64,000 nt of DNA, from NCBI GenBank assembly GCA_963702095.1, contig OY969706.1, forward strand, positions 1,376,001 through 1,440,000. Direction: 5' to 3'. A program made the translations under genes and the position numbers. Every line of letters starts with the position of its first letter. Position 1 is the first letter of the stretch. The DNA is from Candidatus Bathyarchaeota archaeon (GTDB lineage Archaea; Thermoproteota; Bathyarchaeia; Bathyarchaeales; Bathycorpusculaceae). Shown in pieces: positions 62,203 to 64,000 of the stretch. The notes under the pieces were generated by a model. It did no database searches. It was not told where the DNA came from and saw nothing but the letters and a program-made list of their open reading frames with translations.

Positions 62203-63777
62203 TCACCTGTCAGTGCATGAGAAGCAGGGGTCTAAGCTAACAAAGTTACTTGGTACGTCAGCTATGCTCTCACCGATGGCTGTTTTTAGGAACGCTGGAA
62301 TGTTAGCGAATGTGGGGGTTCGGATTTTTACGCGGTCAGGCATGTCTGTGCCGTTGCTCTTCACGTAGTAAAAGAGTTCACCTCTGGGCGCTTCGGTGGA
62401 AAAGACAGCTTCACCAGCAGGTATGCTTCTGGGCAAATCTATTTTTATTGGACCCGAAGGAAGATGATCCACCACGTAGTCAATGATGTTGATGCTTTCT
62501 TCTACTTCATCTAAGCGAACGTTCATTCTTGCCCATGTGTCGCCGTCGGTGTATACGATTTGGTTGAAGGGAATCTCAGGGTAAGCAGAGTAGGGTTGAG
62601 TTTTGCGTATGTCCATATCAACGCCTGAACCTCTTGCTACTGGACCGACTACGGAAAGTTTGAGTGCATCTTCCCGGCTTAGTGTACCCACGTTCTTCAT
62701 TCTTAATCTAAGGGAGGGCTCGCTTTCGTAGATTTTTCGGTAGAAAGGCAATTTGCCCTTAAGATCCTTAAGAACAGCCTTAATTTTGGGGATATTGTCA
62801 GGGTTTAAGTCTCTTCTTACGCCGCCAACAGTCATAAGCGACCCATAGACGCGGTTGCCGCTGGTTAACTCAATCAGGTCCATGATGGGTTCGCGGTCTC
62901 TCCAGAAATACTGGAAAAGGGTTTCGTAACCAATCTCTAAGCCTGCGTGACCCAAAGTTAAAAGGTGACTGTGAAGACGATTAAGTTCTAAGGCGACCAC
63001 CCGCAGATACTCAGCTCGCTCAGGAATGGATGCCTTGAGGATTTTCTCGACGGAACCTACGAAAGTGTAGGCGTGAATGGCGTTGCAGATACCGCAGACA
63101 CGCTCGACGAGATAGGTATCTTGTAGGTAGGTGCGAGATTCAGTTGTTTTCTCTATGCCCCGGTGTACATAGCCGATGCGGGGTTCAACTTTGGTAACGG
63201 TTTCGCCGTCGACGGTTACAGAGAATTTCTCAGGTTCCAATAACGCTGGGTGCTGGGGGCCAATGATGATTTTGACTTTTCTGCCCTCTGCTGGGAGGTT
63301 GTCTTCTCGGGCGGGTGTTGGGACAAGCTTGACTTTTGTTGGGTCAACGTCTTTTCGCAGAGGATAGACGCCGTCTGGCCAGTTCTCAGAGAGGACAAAG
63401 TGCCCGTTGAATTCGTTGCCCTCAAACACGATGCCGAAGAGGTCGGTTACTTCGAGTTCATGAAAGGCTGCGCCCGGGTGAATGTCAACTATGGTCTTTA
63501 TTTTGGGGTTGTCTCGTGGCACTTCAGCTTTAATCGTAAAGAAGGACTGGGCCGTGTGAGTGTGATAATATACGCCTAAAGTGGCGCCTAAATCTACGCC
63601 GCTTATGGCGGTGATGCCTGTTTTTTCGTCTACTTCAATCATGGCTTTTAGGACGTCGTAGTGTAAACCGTTGTTTGCAACAAACGAGGCTTCTCCATCT
63701 ACGCCTTTTTGGATTTGTACTTTATCGCCGAATTTGTTTTCTATTAAACTGATAAAATCGACTTTACTGTTTGACAT
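62203..63777 (-). CDS. Group 4 [NiFe]-hydrogenase large subunit, NuoC-NuoD fusion
   Basis: N-terminal NuoC domain (E..DLFGI.F.G, PLRKD); GPQHP, GYVHRGIEK; L1 ERVCGIC and L2 DPCFSCTDR. Confidence 0.92.
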   Translation of the reverse strand: MSNSKVDFISLIENKFGDKVQIQKGVDGEASFVANNGLHYDVLKAMIEVDEKTGITAISGVDLGATLGVYYHTHTAQSFFTIKAEVPRDNPKIKTIVDIHPGAAFHELEVTDLFGIVFEGNEFNGHFVLSENWPDGVYPLRKDVDPTKVKLVPTPAREDNLPAEGRKVKIIIGPQHPALLEPEKFSVTVDGETVTKVEPRIGYVHRGIEKTTESRTYLQDTYLVERVCGICNAIHAYTFVGSVEKILKASIPERAEYLRVVALELNRLHSHLLTLGHAGLEIGYETLFQYFWRDREPIMDLIELTSGNRVYGSLMTVGGVRRDLNPDNIPKIKAVLKDLKGKLPFYRKIYESEPSLRLRMKNVGTLSREDALKLSVVGPVARGSGVDMDIRKTQPYSAYPEIPFNQIVYTDGDTWARMNVRLDEVEESINIIDYVVDHLPSGPIKIDLPRSIPAGEAVFSTEAPRGELFYYVKSNGTDMPDRVKIRTPTFANIPAFLKTAIGESIADVPSNFVSLDPCFSCTDR

Positions 63778-63778
63778 C

Positions 63779-64000
63779 TTATTTTACCTCCGGTGCTGCT
63801 GGGGCAGATTCTTGCGGTTGAGGAACTGCCGGTTTAGGTTCCTCTTTAGGAGCTTCCTTTTGCTTTTTCACTTTAGGCGGGTTAATTGCGTTGAGAAGCT
63901 TAACGACGCCGTCTATGATGGCTTCTGGGCGGGGTGGGCAACCAGGTATGTAAGCGCTGACGGGAAGAACCTTGTCTACTCCGCCGAGCACGTTGTAGTT
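63779..64000 (-). CDS. Hydrogenase small subunit (NuoB-like), 3' part
   Basis: [24 protein letters not shown]; runs off window end. Confidence 0.9.
   Translation of the reverse strand, partial: NYNVLGGVDKVLPVSAYIPGCPPRPEAIIDGVVKLLNAINPPKVKKQKEAPKEEPKPAVPQPQESAPAAPEVK

Overview
Archaeal chromosomal window, most consistent with Bathyarchaeia. The evidence is TBP, TFS, Rpl38e, pelota, Hjc, an archaeal type A RNase P RNA, a PQQ-like beta-propeller surface protein and frequent TTG starts; the taxonomy is an inference from gene content. It carries housekeeping genes, tRNA-Val(CAC), tRNA-Phe(GAA), rnpB, a compact methanofuran biosynthesis operon (mfnB-A-D-F-E), proBA, a K+-independent H+-pyrophosphatase, and the 3' part of a complex I-like group 4 [NiFe]-hydrogenase operon (B-CD-H-I-J-K-L-M-N). 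Signals not explained by routine annotation: (1) a dispersed ~140-bp structured non-coding repeat family, with 4 full copies and one internally deleted copy; (2) nine genes split by small frameshifts, eight of them at or beside GGCC, which points to a modified GGCC motif causing read errors rather than real pseudogenes; (3) a duplicated promoter plus 5' end of rnpB flanking a 700-bp GNAT cassette; (4) an N-terminally truncated pelota/aRF1 paralog; (5) an AT-rich archaeocin/immunity-like locus; (6) small genes missed by the ORF track, including a Cren7-like zinc-ribbon protein. All alignments were made by eye and no database searches were run.
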